This document shows, piece after piece, positions 25,576-40,129 of a DNA stretch of 64,000 nucleotides (the stretch's first letter is position 1; each line of letters begins with the position of its first letter). A model generated the notes under the pieces. That model searched no databases. It worked only from the letters and a program-made list of their open reading frames with translations, and was not told the DNA's origin. The position numbers and the translations under genes are program-made. Source of the stretch: Octopus vulgaris (Eukaryota); the NCBI GenBank assembly GCA_951406725.2, contig OX597815.1, positions 78,182,001 to 78,246,000 of the forward strand, in the 5' to 3' direction.

Positions 25576-26274
25576 ATATATATATATGTATATAAAAATT
25601 ATATATAAAAATACAAAATGGGACAAGAACGCAAAAATACACAAAGAGACGACACTAAAAAAGGACGGGTCATTCGAAGACTCTAATCTTCAGTCAGGAA
25701 CCGGATCATCCTAGCAAATTTTGATGTATGTATGTATGTATGTATGTATGTATGTATGTATGTATGTATGTATGTATGTATGTATGTATGTATGTTTGCA
25801 TGTATGTATGTATGTATGTATGTATGTATGTATGTATACATATATATAATACATACATATATATGTTATATATATATAACATATATATAATACATACATG
25901 TTATATATGTTGTTATTTTCAAATGCTTGTCTTCTTATATTTGTGAGTCTATTGAATAAATATTCAACCCTATTAAATATTGGCGTTCCCAAATATTAAA
26001 TAATACGATAGTTTCAGCCCTAAATAAATTTAACTTGTACTTTTAAAAATGTTCTTTAGGATAATGTGAAATATTGAACATCATATAGAATAAAATAAAA
26101 TATAGCTATGAATAAAAGATGCGTAGATTATGAATTTTGATCAAAGAGATGAGGCCTTGAAACAAATAGTTGCAGGGGACCTCTAAAAGTCATGCAACGG
26201 CCCTGCCTATACATCTAAGCAGTTTATAGATACAAAACCAATGGCCACTCGATGACCGGCCATATAGATTATCT

Positions 26275-26710
26275 CTTACTTTTTTATTCTTTTATTTGTT
26301 TCAGTCATTTGACTGCGGCCATGCTGGAGCACCGCCTTTCGTCGAACAAATCGACCCCAAGATTTAAGTTTTGTAAGCCTAGTACTTATTCTATCGGTCT
26401 CTTTTACCGAACTGCTATGTTACAGGGACGTAAACACACCAGCATCGGTTGTCAAGCGATGTTGGGGGGACAAACACACACACACAAACACGCACACACA
26501 CACACACACACACAAACACAAACACACACACACACACACACATCTATATATATATACGACGGGCTTCTTTCAGTTTCTGTCTGCCAAATCCATTCACAAG
26601 GCTTTGGTCGGCTCGAGGCTATAGTAGAAGACACTTGCCCAAGGTCCCATGCAGTGGGACTGAACCCAGAACCATGTGGTTGGTAAGCAAGCGACTTACC
26701 ACACACCCAC
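26275..26710 (-). mobile_element. SINE family B, near full length
   Basis: tRNA-like head, CORE-like domain, internal CA/TA repeat, tail ending GACTGAAACAAATAAAAG. Confidence 0.85.
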
Positions 26711-26726
26711 TAATAATAATAATAAA

Positions 26727-26792
<66 letters not shown>

Positions 26793-28357
26793 CATCATCA
26801 TCATCATCATTATTATTATTATTTGAGCAAATATGTAGAATTCGATTAGTGAGTTTAAAGGTTGAGTAGAGAACCTGTTGTCATCCGCAGTTGTGGTACA
26901 CTTCCGTTGGATCTACTTCAGGAACTCCGCAGTTCTGTACAGCATATGTACAGCATATGTATTATATCAAATTGATGGGTCGAAACATATGTTGTACCTA
27001 ATAAAAGTCTAATACGAAATCCATCTCCTATGTGAGTGCATGTGTGTATGTGTGAGTGTGTACGCGTGTGAGTGTATGTACGTGTGTGTGTGAGTGGAGA
27101 ATCCTACTCATTTATGATATACATGATAGAGTCCTCTACATGGAAGACTTTATTGTAGAAATAGCCACTAATCCTCAAATCACACTTTACCTGCTTTTAA
27201 AAAATGGGAATGATACTTTTTGATATTATAGTCATGGATGCACTATGTCATCAATCCAAAAAATAAATAATTAAAAGATAGAATGGAGAAAGTAGGAAAA
27301 TCCTTTGGTCATAGTTCTTCTACGTTAGAGCTTATCTGTAACTAAACATTATGTTGAGGCAAGCATAGCTGCACCCGTCTTCAAAACATGTCTTCCTGCC
27401 AACAGTACAAATCATTATCATCATCATCGCCGTCATCGTCATCATCGTCGCCGCAGCCATCACCCACCCCCACCACCATCATCATCAAAAACAACAACAA
27501 AAACAACCTTGTATTTTCATCTTTTTTGGGGTGGATAAACTAAAGTACCAACCAAGTACTGGAGTCGAGGATATTAAATGACATTCTCCCCTTTAAAATT
27601 GCTGGGCGAATTTTGGGTGAATTGAAAGAAACGTTGAGCGTCGGAAAAAATGCTTCAGTGTATTTCTTCCGGTTCATTATATCCTGAGTTAAAATGACTC
27701 CGAGATTAATTTTGTTTTCATCTTCTCAGGGTCGCTAAAACAAGGTACCAGTCAAGAATTGGGGTCGATGTAGTCGACTAAACCCGTTACCCTAAAATTG
27801 CTGGCCTTACAAAGCTTCGGTGGTGTACAGCTGGCTGACCATCGTACCTTTTCCCCCAAAACATCTGACCAGACTAGGGAGCTTGCTATTCCTATTCTTA
27901 TGGGAAAATTAGATTCCGTTGGTCAGAAAAGCCATAGCACATGCCCCCTCGTCACAACAGCGTCAGTTGCAACCACATCTTGGAGACATGTCATGGTGTG
28001 CACCCTCATTATACCCTCTCACATACCAGTCCTACGGTATGTGATGGCTAACGAACCTGCAGAAATATTTAGCTTACCACGGTGGTGTCAACGACAACGA
28101 CAAACACGAGGGCGAACGGGTGAGGGCATTTTTTGTACGATACGTCTTTAAAGACAAAGGATAAAAGAAAATATCCACTCCAACAAGGATCTGCTTTAAT
28201 TTCGTCTTTTGTTTTCTCATGTCCTTGTCCTACTTCATGAATATCTCCTTATGTAAATATATATCTAAATATTTTATCTCTGCGTTATTGATATACTTAT
28301 ATTATTGACATAATCTATATCAATTTGTATGCGTGTCTGTACATGTGTATATATGTA

Positions 28358-28573
28358 CGAGGGGTCGCCAAAAATCTCCTGGCTTTAAGGATGTCGCCAA
28401 AGGCTTGGTTGGAGACCCAGCCTTCCGAGTTCTTATACGAGGCTTAGAAAAACTGAAGGACCGCTGCAATAAGTATGTGAATCTGTGAGGGGAATATGAT
28501 GAATAAAATCATAATTAGCTGATCCGCCTGTATTTTCTTTTGCCCAAAGCTAGGTACTTTGCAGCACCTCTCG
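28358..28573 (+). mobile_element. Non-autonomous mariner-derived MITE
   Basis: TA-CGAGGGGTCGCCAAAA ... TTTGCAGCACCTCTCG imperfect TIRs; internal remnant of the mariner C-terminus (G..KL..R..K.V...G.Y.E*). Confidence 0.6.
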
Positions 28574-28594
28574 CACGTGTACAGTACGTATGTA

Positions 28595-29879
28595 TCAGGT
28601 CATCCCATAAGTTCTGTCCGATTTTACCTTTTTTTTTAAATTGAAAGAAATTTGATAGTATTTTAGAATGTCTAATGGAATTTAAAATTATTTTTATGCA
28701 TTCGTGCACATTTAAACTAATTAAATATCATTTTACAGAATAATAGAATTAAAGTTTCTTTGATTAAAACCCTTTCTAACATGGAAGTATCAAAAGAGCA
28801 TTTAAGGCACATAATGCTTTATGAGTACAAAAATGGAAACTGCAGCCGAAGCGACTCGAAACATACACTCAGTTTATGGGAAAGAATGCTTGAATGAAAG
28901 AACTTGCAGAAGATGGTTTGCAAAACTCAGAAGTGGAGATTTCAGCCATGAAGATGAAGATCAAACAGGACGTCCAGTTGAATTTGATAAGCTCCTTAAG
29001 GCATTACTTGAAGAAAATCCTGCATTATCAGTTGAAGAACTGGCAATAAAGCTTAGTTCAAACCACACAACTATTCATCGTTATCTTCAACAACTTGGAA
29101 AGGTTCCTAAACTTGGAAAATGGGTGCATCATAAATTGTCCGAAAGCAACTACAAATCTCGAGTTGACATCTGCTCTTCTCTCCATTCTCGTGAACTCAT
29201 TTCACCCTTTTTGGATAGACTTGTGACTGGTGACAAAAAAATGGATCTTCTATCGAAATGTTAAATGTCGTAAACAGTGGCTTGGTAAAAGGGAAAAAAA
29301 AACCCAACCACAACCGAGACGGGAACTTCATGGGGGAAAGGTTCTTCTCTCTATCTGGTGAGATTGCAAAGGAGTAATTCATTTTGAATTGTTACCACCT
29401 AATGCAATAATCAATGCTCAAGTCTACTGTCAGCAATTACAGCGTTTGAACCAAGCTTTGAAGGAAAAAAGACCCACTTTATTGAATCGAAAAGGAGTGA
29501 GGTTTCATCAGGACAATGCGTGGCTCCACACTGCAAAGATCACATCACAGAAGATTGAAGAACTTGGTTGGGAAAAAATTCCTTATCCACCTTATTCTCC
29601 TGACCTTGCTCCTTCAGACTACCATTTGTTTCGTAGTTTACAGAATCATTTGGGGGACATAACTTTCGCAAGCCAGGAGAGGTCGAAACTGACATTTCAG
29701 AGTTCTTCGCTTTGAAACCTAGAGTTTTACATTAATGGGATTAAAAAGCTTGTAAATAGATGGAAGGAAGTCAAAGATAATCAAGGAAAGTACATTGATG
29801 ATTAAATTTCAGTTAAATATAACATTTGATCACTTATTTTCTTTATTCAAAATTCGGACAGAACTTATGGGATTACCTG

Positions 29880-29880
<1 letters not shown>
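28595..29880 (+). mobile_element. Mariner (DD34D) DNA transposon, 1286 bp
   Basis: TIRs TCAGGTCATCCCATAAGTTCTGTCCGA / TCGGACAGAACTTATGGGATTACCTGA with TA target duplication on both sides. Confidence 0.95.
28781..29805 (+). pseudogene. Mariner transposase, frameshifted
   Basis: MEVSKEHLRHIMLYEY, WVHHKL, LVTGD, FHQDNA, YSPDLAPSDYHLF; several frameshifts and a stop. Confidence 0.92.
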
Positions 29881-29910
<30 letters not shown>

Positions 29911-30050
29911 TGTATGTATGTATGTATGAGTGTCTGTGTGTGGTGTACGTTTGATGTCATATACATGTATGTATATATGTCATCAGCATCAGCATCGTTT
30001 AAATGTGTGTATATATTTATATATGTGTATGTAATTATGAATGTACGTAT

Positions 30051-30090
<40 letters not shown>

Positions 30091-30184
30091 ACACTGGTGA
30101 CGTTTGCATTTTGTCGCTACACGATCAGGATTCTACCGAGAAAACTACAAGGGCAGTCATAATTTTCTCAATTAATAAAAATAA

Positions 30185-30800
30185 TAATTATCCTTTCTAC
30201 TAGTGGCACAAGGCCTGAAATTCTGGGTGAGGGGACTAGTCAATTACATGGACCCTGTATTTCACTGATACTTAATTTATCGACTCGGAAAGGATGAAAG
30301 GCAAAGTCGACCTCGGCTGAATTTGAACTCAGAATGTAACGACGGACGAAATGTTGCTAAGCATTTTGCCTGGCTTGATAATGATTCTGCCAATACAATA
30401 ATATTATATCAGTTTTTTCGTTTTCTTTCTAAAGGCGGAGAGCTGGCAGAAACGTCAGCACGCCGGGCGAAATGCGAAGCCGTATTTTGTCTGCCGTTAC
30501 GTTCTGAGTTCAAATTCCGCCGAGGTCGACTTTGCCTTTCATCCTTTCGGGGTCGATAATTAAGTACCAGATACGCACTGGGGTCGATATAATCGACTTA
30601 ATCCGTTTGTCTGTCCTTGTTTGTCCTCTCTGTGCTTAGCCACTTGTGAGTAGTAAAGAAATAGAAATAGGTATTTCGTCTGCCGTTACGTTCTGAGTTC
30701 AAATTCCGCGACTTTGCCTTTCATCCTTTTGGGGGTCGATTAGATAAATACCAGTTACGCACTGGGGTCGATGTAATCGACTTAATCCCCTCCCACAAGC
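30185..30800. mobile_element. Two SINE family A copies, head to head (30185-30390 on -, 30433-30800 on + with internal duplication)
   Basis: Family A consensus motifs in both orientations. Confidence 0.8.
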
Positions 30801-32659
30801 TGCCCTTATGGAAAAAATTTGATATCATTATTATATAAGTTTTACATAATGAATAGGAATTCACTTTTTAATGTTATTGTAATATTAGAATAAATATGTA
30901 AATGAAAAAGGAACGAACCATGAATGATAGCATCTTGTATTAAGGCAGTTGTCTTATTTCAAAACAAAGGCTGATGTCTTCAAGATTCTGGTTCTCAATA
31001 CGTTTTCTGTTCACGGCATTTTCTTTGAATTTTCCAATCTATTTCGGAATTCTGCAGATGATCAACCGCGGCTTAGGAAAAGTGCGTTCCCAGCCTGTTT
31101 GCAGCAATTTCAACAGTGGCTTAGCTAGAGCGGAAGCTACATGAGGGTCTAATAGGCAAGGTCTTACAGTGACAATCACAAGATGGTGGTTTCGATTTCT
31201 GGACAGCATAGAGTGCTGTGTTCTTGAGCAAAACACCTCATTTCATGTTGCTCCAGTTCACTCAGCTGTGCTGCTTGAGACCTTTCGTCTGCTTCTAATA
31301 AATTCCTGTTTTTCTAACGTTATACGTCTATACTAGATGCTTTCTGGAGAAGAATACCGCAGTTTCAAAGCTTTCAACGGTATATCTGATTTAATTAAGT
31401 AAGAGAGAATGATATGTTGATCTAATTCTGTTTCTGCCGCCAATAACCAATGTACCTACCTACCTACCTACCTACCTACCTACCTACATACATACATACA
31501 TACATACATACATACATACATACATACATACATACATACATACATACATACATACATACATACAAGAGAACTTCATCAATAATTATTTTCTTTGCCTCCA
31601 AAGCCCTGAGTCAGTGGCAACTGCCAACAAAATCAAGTTTGAGAGTGTGGAGGGAGAGAATGTGGTAGGCACTCGGACCTTGAAACTCGTGTATAGGTGC
31701 ATATATGAATGTGTGTTATAGGGTTGGCAATGGTCAAGTACTGCGCTGGACTCTCGGGCTGAGGAGGTGGGAGATCTAGCATTTACAATTATATTGGATT
31801 CTGTTGGTAGCTGGTTACATGTTTTATTTCATGTTGGCGCGGTTGGAAAATTTCGCTCTTGCAGTTGAGATTAGTGCCCAGGTGAAAAGAGTGCTTTAAC
31901 AATTCTTTACTTGGACAGGGATAGCCTGTACCTCTTGCTAGTGTTGAGCTAAGGTTTGCTTTTCTCCGGCACTCTCCATTTGATGTAATCATTGGCGCTT
32001 TTCTTAAAAGACTATACATGCCTATCCAAGGCTGTGACGTTACGTCTTAACTGAACATTAAAGGAGAACTTATGGCTGTTAAACCTGGATCTGAGCGGAT
32101 CCTTGTTTGACTGCCGCTAGAGTCCTTTGATAGCACCTCTGCTATATATACAACGTGTTGCAGTGGCCATTAAGGGGAATGTGGTGTTGCCTTTGCATAA
32201 ACATTCTACCAGTTGAGAAAGCACCAGCACTGGTTGGGTACACTGTGATGGTGAGTTTGAAGGCTGGTAAAAAAAAATCTCTTTTGTTTTTATTCGAGAT
32301 CATGAAAAATTTTCTCTAAGAATTGAAAGTAGAAATGTTAATTAGGCAAGCGAGATTCATATAGCGCATATAGGTTTGTGCGTAGTTGTGTCCTTAACAA
32401 AGTCACTTCGGTGCTTTCTGGTACATTTAACTCAACATTATCAAAAACATTTAATTAGCATAGGCTTTCAAAGTTGACAATAAAACATTTCAGTGATTCT
32501 TCCTGTCAAAAGATCGCATGAAAGTGAAAGTGGTTTCCTTCAAAATGAAACTATCGGGAAACAAAGTAAATATTTGAACTCTCAAAATACGCTTAGGGCA
32601 AACCTAATCATCACCGGGGCCACGCGGTAACCAAATTCGTTCTTTCTTCTTCTGTATCT

Positions 32660-32900
32660 GCTCTAGAATATCTTGTAGATGGAGCACTCAGTCTCTTCTT
32701 CCGAATCATCTACAATATCATGATCACCGTCACTGTCGTCACATTCCATACTACCTGTTTTCTGCCATTTTGGAGAAAGTGACTCACTTTCGTTTTCACT
32801 CTTAGACATTTGTTGCTTCTTTGGTGCATTTCCTGCTGCACGCGCTTCTGCCTCAACTTTCAAGCGTTTGAAAGCCTCAGTAGATGTCAAGACTTTTCAA
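32660..32900 (-). mobile_element. Possible pogo/DDE_1 transposase C-terminal remnant
   Basis: LTSTEAFKRLKVEAEAR..., an acidic tract, then EETECSI; resembles pogo-type C-termini. Weak. Confidence 0.3.
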
Positions 32901-33214
32901 TGGAAAGCTTGGACACAGCACCTGTTCTTGTTGGAGTTTGTGACTGCAATTCTGGTTTCAGCTGATTTTGCATGAGAAATGGCTGAACATATTGCCTCAC
33001 GCAAGAGCTTTCTCAGGCCATTGAATGATAACTTAGTGAAACTTAAAGAGGACCCTTGCTCTGGCTCCCCTAAGATACCAACTTCTTTGCCACCTAGAGC
33101 CGATCGATTTTTGTTGTTGCTGATGGTGATGATGATGATGCCGACGACGACGACGATGAGGATGAGAATGATGAGGACGAGAATGATGATGATGATGATG
33201 ATGATGAAGTAAAT

Positions 33215-33440
33215 TCAGTCTTTCCCGACGTTCTGAGTTCAAATTCTGCCGAAGTTGACTTTGCCTTTCATCCTTTCGGGGTCGATAAATTAAGTACCAG
33301 TTACGTGCTGGGGTCAATGTAATCGATTTTATCCGTTTGTCTGTCCTTGTTTGTCCTCTCTGTGTTTAGCCCCTTGTGAGTAGTAAAGAAATAGAAATAG
33401 GTATTTCGTCTGCCGCTACGTTCGGAGTTCAGATTCCGCT
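33215..33440 (+). mobile_element. SINE family A, partial
   Basis: GTTCTGAGTTCAAATTCTGCCGAAGTTGACTTTGCCTTTCATCCTTTCGGGGTCGATAA. Confidence 0.8.
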
Positions 33441-33697
33441 AATAAAAACTTCGAGACAATGTCCCAGCATGGCCGTAATCCAATGACTTAAACAAGTAAA
33501 AAGTAAGTAGAAAGTAAAAAAGTAATTAAGAGTAATATTTTTTATGTGATATGTTTATTCGTTCCTATATTTGTGCGTTTTTGTGAAGCTTAACTCTGAA
33601 TCATTTTCTGAATTATAGGGCAGGGCTGACCAAACTCTTCTTAGTGAATTTGGCAGACGGAAACTGAAAGAAGCCCGTCGTATACACATATATATAG

Positions 33698-33735
<38 letters not shown>

Positions 33736-34564
33736 GTGTCTAATATGGTTATGATGTATGTTATACATCAGTGTCACCAATTGTAATTTTATGATGCAAT
33801 TTGTGCTAATATGAAGAGGTCGCAGGATATAACAGTGCAGTTGTGTATTTGTAATACGTTTGGTAAAGGCTACGTAGGGCAAGTTGTATGAGAGTTACAT
33901 TGTTGATAATTTCAGAAAATAAATGGACAGAAGAAATAGTTCATATTTATCATAACTTTTGTTTAATATTTACAAAGTTCAGTACAAATGTGACGAGTTG
34001 GAGTAAATACAATATGTTAGTCTGGGAAAGAATTTTTTGCCATTGTAGTTCGTATGATATTTTTATCTTCTGCGTGTGTGTGGTATGTCTATGTTGCTAA
34101 GTGTGATAGTTGGTTATAATTGATGTCCTCTGTAGTTGCTGATAAGAAGGGAGACAATGAAATTGTTTGGTGAGATTTTATTTATTTATATTTTTGTTAT
34201 TTTTACTTGACAGAAAGGGGTGTATATAGATGGACTTCTGACATATCTGTAATGGTGGCTTCTAGCTGGCGAAAATTACATAATTTCAAATACTTGTAAC
34301 ATTATAATAATAATAATTATTATTATTATTGTTGTTGTTGTTGTTGTTGTTGTTATTTCTTGAAAACATTTATGTGATTATAGTCATCAACATGCAAAAC
34401 TGAAAATTTGAATTAATTTAAAGATCCGAAATTGGTAATAATCGGTCTGTCGTTCACCATGTCTATAGACACTGTTTCTCGCTACTTGGGCGGTGTTAAT
34501 TCGCTGTGCAACCCAGACTATACTTAATTTTTAAAAAGTATTCTGTTAACATTTCAAAAACAGA

Positions 34565-34624
<60 letters not shown>

Positions 34625-35061
34625 TTAAACGCTTACTCGCTTGTAAACAGATTGTTCCTTCCTGACGGCATACAGTTTTACATTATTGTGCCACAAGAAA
34701 CTATGCATTGTGTTTTAAACCTCCATTCCCTTCTTTCAAAAGCCCAAGCAGAAATTAATTCTGTGTTTGACGCCTATTCGTCTACATCACTTTCTAGGTA
34801 GCCGTCTTGTAGTTCGTCTTGTGGTTTAGCCTCAGGTGAGCCACGCAGTTGCTTTTATCTAAATTATTTATTCACCTATCCATTTAAATCTGCTATTGAT
34901 ATTTATCTATTTTGATTTTTTCTGTTTTTGTATTTTTTTGAAGTAGAAATAACAAACAAATAATTGAATAGATAAATAGATAGTGTCACCTAGCAAATCC
35001 AATCAGTACCTACATAGAACCTCAAATATACCCAGTCATGAAACATAGTAACACAGACACA

Positions 35062-35133
<72 letters not shown>

Positions 35134-35540
35134 GATTAAAATACTAGAAGTTACATACCGCACTTCAGATGACTATCACAATTGGCTTAAAAGGAAAATA
35201 CAGCAATAATTGAGTACGAAAATACATTTGATCCACCGTTCATTATTGCAAACTTTTCTCTGAATCTCGCCACAACAAACCGCATTCAACCACAAAGAAT
35301 TTGAAAGAATCAGCTCACTATGCATCAATACAGTTTGTACACTGGCAACACTTATGGATCACCTACATAACGATGCAGAAACAACTAAACGGAAAAGGTC
35401 GCCATGATACTAGTCGCTCTTACACGAAAAATCACCAGAGAACATCTGCAAGGAACCCTTATGAGGTTCCTTCGCTATTTCTAGGTGGTACTCCATCATC
35501 ATCATCATCGTCGTCGTCGTCGTTGTTGTTGTTGTTGTTA

Positions 35541-36185
35541 AAGCAGCGAGCTGGCAGAAACGTTAGCACGCCGAGCGAAATGCTTTCTGGTATTTCGTCC
35601 GCCGTTGCGTTCTGGGTTCAAATTCCGCCGAGGTCGACTTTGCCTTTCATCCTTTCGGGGTCGATAAAATTAAGTACCAGTTACACACTGTGGGTCGATG
35701 TAATCGACTTAATCCATTTGTCTGTCCTTGCTTGTCCTCTCTGTGTTTAGCCCCTTGTGGGTAGTAAAGAAATGGGTATTTCGTCTGCGGCTACGTTCTG
35801 AGTTCAAATTCCGCCGAGGTCGACTTTGTCTTTTATACTTTTGAGGGTCGATGAAATATGAACCAGTTACACACTGAGATCGATGTAATCGACTTAATCC
35901 CTTCCCCGAATCTGAGGCCTTGTGCTTCCAGTAGAAAGAATTATTATTATTATTATCATTGTTGTTGTTGTTGCTAAAGCTGCGAGCTGGCAGAATCGTT
36001 AGCACGCTGGACAATATGCTTAACAGCATTTCGTCCGTCATCACATTCTGAGCTGAAATTCGATCCACGTCGACTTTGCCTTTCATCCTTGCGAGGTCGA
36101 TAAAATAAGTACTAGTCAAGTACTGAGGTCAGTGTACTCGACCTCCCTTTCCTCCAAGAAACTGCTGGCCCAGTGCCAAAATTTG
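35541..36185 (+). mobile_element. Tandem SINE family A copies
   Basis: Two heads (GCGAGCTGGCAGAA at about 35546 and 35982) and repeated Meta-like bodies. Confidence 0.8.
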
Positions 36186-36239
36186 AAGTCATAATTATAA
36201 TCATTACGCTAGGTGCATGCTAAGTTAATTACCAGGTAT

Positions 36240-37745
36240 TTAATCTTGAAGTTTGGTAACAACACGTTTCCTCAAATCTCTAGAATTTTTCTTCAGATTT
36301 TAGCAGAATATAGGATGAGGCTTTTTCGGAAGTCAACAATTCGAGTTTCAATTACAATTTCTTTCATTCTTTTAGGTAGCATTTTGGATGTTGGTTGTAT
36401 CAAGTACACTTATTATTACAGGAAAAATTGTTGTCTTGGTCTTCCACAGTTTCCTCAGCTCTCTGGTTAGATCCTGGTATTTCTCAATTTTTTCCATTTC
36501 TTTGGTATCAACTCTACTATCATAGGGAACTGCAATATCTATGATGTTGGACTGTTTGTTTATTTTGTCGCCTATAATAATATCTGGTCTTCTTGCCTCA
36601 ATAGTATGGTCAGTCTTTAACATCATTTTCTAGTACAGCTTCTGGTTCATGCTCATATCACTTTTCTGCTGTTCTAAAGCCATATACTCGACTAACATCC
36701 AAATGCACACTTTAGCCTACGCAGTCATGTCTTCGCTTGTACTCCTTTTGTGCTAGTATTCTGTACTCACTCAAAATGTGATTGATACTCTCGTCTTCTC
36801 TCTTGCAAATTTTACATTTGCTGCTTGACTGAGTTTTATCGAACTTTGCCTTGAGTAGATTTGTTCTAAGGGCTTGTTCCTGACCGGTTTTGATTAACGT
36901 TTCTGTTTCTTGTTTCAAGTTCCCGCCTGTCAACCAAAGCCAGCAAATTTCACCTTCAATATTTTCCGTTTGTTGCATAAATTGACCATGCAATTCCATT
37001 TCTTTCCATTTGTTCATTCGGTTGTTCTTCCTTTTCCCTTTGAATTCTCCTACTATTTCAGTCACTTTTTGGGTATCTCTGGCTGCCGAAAGTATTCTTT
37101 CTTTACTCTGTACAAGTTTTCAGTATCGCAGTACCAACAGTGTCTTCCGCGTTTAGTAATCCTCTACCACCTTCCTTTCTTAGCAGATAGAGTCGGTCTG
37201 TATTACTTTTAGGATGGAGTGCGTTGTACATCGTTAGCTGCTTTCTGATTCTTCTAAGTTCCGCGGCTCGATCTTTGTCCATTTCAGAACGGAGGACGAG
37301 TATCTCAATATTGGCATTGCCCATTTATGGCTTCCGTGATGTTCCCTCCATTTAATTTTCTTTCGACCACCTTCCTAATTTTCCTTATGTACTCTTTAAT
37401 GACTTTCTCGTATCTCTTTCCATTATCTTATCATCTTGCAGAACTCCGAGGTATTTGTATTCTTTATTCCATAGCAATCGAATGATATCGTTGTTATTTT
37501 ATGCCATCAAACTTTATCTTGCAGCCTCTCTTCATAGTTAGTAGTGTGCACTTATCTACTCTAGACTGCTTTCCAATATCTTTACTGAATATTCTCGGTT
37601 GGATCAGAGATTCCAAGGCTGTTTCATTTTTTTTTTTTTTTTGTATACATCTCGAAGTCATTCACATAAAATAGGTGCTATTTATTCTCGTCTTCGTTTT
37701 AGTAAACTCATAAGCAGGTCTGAATTTTCTCAGTTTATAGGCAAG
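36240..37745 (-). mobile_element. R4/Dong-like non-LTR retrotransposon remnant (RT end, zinc knuckle, restriction-like endonuclease)
   Basis: DRLYL.RKEGGRGL, ELHGQF, WL..GNLK.ETE, QEQALRTN, CKICK...ESINHI, YKRRHD, RRPDIII, IIDIAVPYD, EKIEKYQDL. Confidence 0.85.
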
Positions 37746-37789
37746 CCTGGATTTTATCAGTTTATTATTATTATTGTTTTACTTCTCAG

Positions 37790-38955
37790 AGCAATCAGTT
37801 TTGTTTGCTCTGGTAGATTCTGCGAGAGCGGACAGCAGTCTGCTGTCAGAGGTTTCACAGGGTCTCTTTCCGCACTTCAACAACGTCGTGGGTCGCTGGA
37901 CTTAAGGACCTGTTAAATTTCTCGGGGTCTGGTTTGTTCCAAATCTCCAGTTGGAGAACTGGGACGAGGTGGCGAACAGGGTGGCCAATCTCACCCAGAA
38001 ATGAGCTGAGAGAAAGCTATCTCTGAAAGATCGGTCGGATGTGGCGAATGCTTACATTGCATCCGTCATAAATTACCACTTTACTGTCGTTCCGGTTCGA
38101 GTCTGACCAAACTGGAACGCCTACTATTCCGCTTTTTGTGAAAGGGACGCTGAGGTTGCGGCATCTCCAATGCTTCCTAGACCCTGAGCAGGTATGGTCA
38201 CTGTTTGTCAGCTGCGATTTCTCACAGCTTGTCTCCTTGACTGAGCTGCAGTCCTGGATCAAGCGTAGACCGAGGCATGGCGCCTGCCACCTAGAATGTC
38301 GTCAGGCGCCCACACTCCTCTATCAGTCGGACAATGCGGTCGGTGGAAATTCCAATATGGCGTTCTGTAGAGAGTTAGTGACAGGTAAGTGCGACGACGT
38401 TCTTGGGGAGACTCTGGGCGTCGACAAGAACGAGTTGACTGGCCTGTTCTGGAGTACTTCCGGCCGGGGCCTATGGATAATTTCCAGAAATCCTTGGCCT
38501 GGCAGAACTACCGGTGGGCATAGACTGTTCGAGATAAATTCTACAGGCACGGAAGTGCTGCCAGACGGGCTTTCCCGAGATGCGCGCAGAACGACGAAAC
38601 CGTTCTGCACGCTCTTGTCCAATGCCCGAATATTTCTGACGTGTGTGTTTATGTCGAACACTTGCTGTCGCGTATAAGATGATTCTGGCTATAGGCTGAA
38701 ACCATTGTGAGGATAGTTCCGCTGCCTTCCTTTGGCCGGGAAGGGCAGGCTGTTTTTCTTTGCCTGGTAGCCCTAGCAAAAGAGGTTATGTGGAGGGCGA
38801 GATTGAAATGGCTCAAGACAGACACTTTCTTCTTCAGCCAAGCTCTCATCAACCTTTTCAAATTTCTCTTGAAAAGGAAAATGAGGGTGGAGAAGGAAGT
38901 TCTACTCCTAGGCAATTTTGTTAAAAGGTGGGTAATGTCGCAAGAATGGCCTGAG
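37790..38955 (+). mobile_element. L1/Tx1-like LINE 3' fragment, degenerate (related to 62480-64000)
   Basis: LRLRHL, EQVWS.FV...F.QLVSL.ELQSWIK and LVALAKEVMW match the 63038-63955 ORF. Confidence 0.75.
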
Positions 38956-38958
38956 TGT

Positions 38959-39073
<115 letters not shown>

Positions 39074-39319
39074 CTTTAATTTTGTTTCCATTTCTTGCCG
39101 AGTGTCTTCCCGACACCGAGGGCAAAAGAACTTAGTATATACATTGGTAGGCCATTAAAATAAACACGCCAGATTTATCGTTTACAAATTCAAGTTATGT
39201 GATAGAAAAAACGGGAAAGAACGAAAAAAAGGAAAAATAGAAAATAGAAAAAAGAAAATATGTAAAAGAAAAGTGGAGAAGGAAAGAAAATTCACAACGA
39301 CAATGCTCTTCTCAATACG

Positions 39320-40020
39320 TGTCACGTACCAGCTAAAACAATCTTCTGCACTTCTTGCATGGATGGTAAGTCAGGGATCATTCTCAAATGATTTGCAGTT
39401 CCTTTTCATTTCAAGTGTTCCTACAATCATTGGCATTGCAACCGTCTTGGGATGCCACATTTTTTCCATTTCAATGAGCAAATCTTTATATTTTCTGAGA
39501 TTGCAAAATTCTTTTGCCGAAACATTATGATCACAACCCTCAGATACAGCTTTAGTATGATGCCTACACGATCTGTCAGCAGTTTTGATTTTATAATGCC
39601 GACATATTAACCAGTATAGATATTGGCTAACTCTGTCATGTCTTGATTTTTACTCCATAGATGCTAAAACTTTACATCCAGAGATTAGGTGGTCCGCTTT
39701 TTCAATCTCATCGTTGCAGCATCGGTACTTTGGGTCTACTCCAATTTTCATCACATTGGATTCATCCTGAGCAGCTAATATGAAGCCTTCGCTCTCTGTC
39801 TTTAGCCCTGAGCTCCGTAGCCACTGGTGGGTGTGCTTCTGGTCAACATCAGCTTGTTTACTGCGAGCCACATATTTTCTATGCAGAGGTTTTTGCTCCC
39901 ACCTATCAGCCAGTTGGTCATACGCTTTTTTTGTTATTGCCATTGATTTCACCTTCTTTGCAACAGAAGTTGTCGCACTTCCATCATGCTGTTCAAAATG
40001 GGTTTTATGCACGAACTCAA
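39320..40020 (-). mobile_element. R4/Dong-like remnant
   Basis: WEQKPLH.KY, QWLRSSGLK.ESEGFILAAQD, DHLISGC..LA. Confidence 0.75.
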
Positions 40021-40054
40021 TAGCAAAATTTTTGAAATTATTATTATTATTACT

Positions 40055-40098
<44 letters not shown>

Positions 40099-40129
40099 TT
40101 ATGGTTTCCTTTCATTGTAACTTTATTTT

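Noticed and set aside
27798-28151. 117-aa ORF in non-repetitive-looking sequence
   Set aside because: TTG start inside a degenerate SINE tail, no recognisable motif or splice context.
31039-31236. Possible exon of a second gene
   Set aside because: Partly SINE-derived, short, with no recognisable domain or partner exons.
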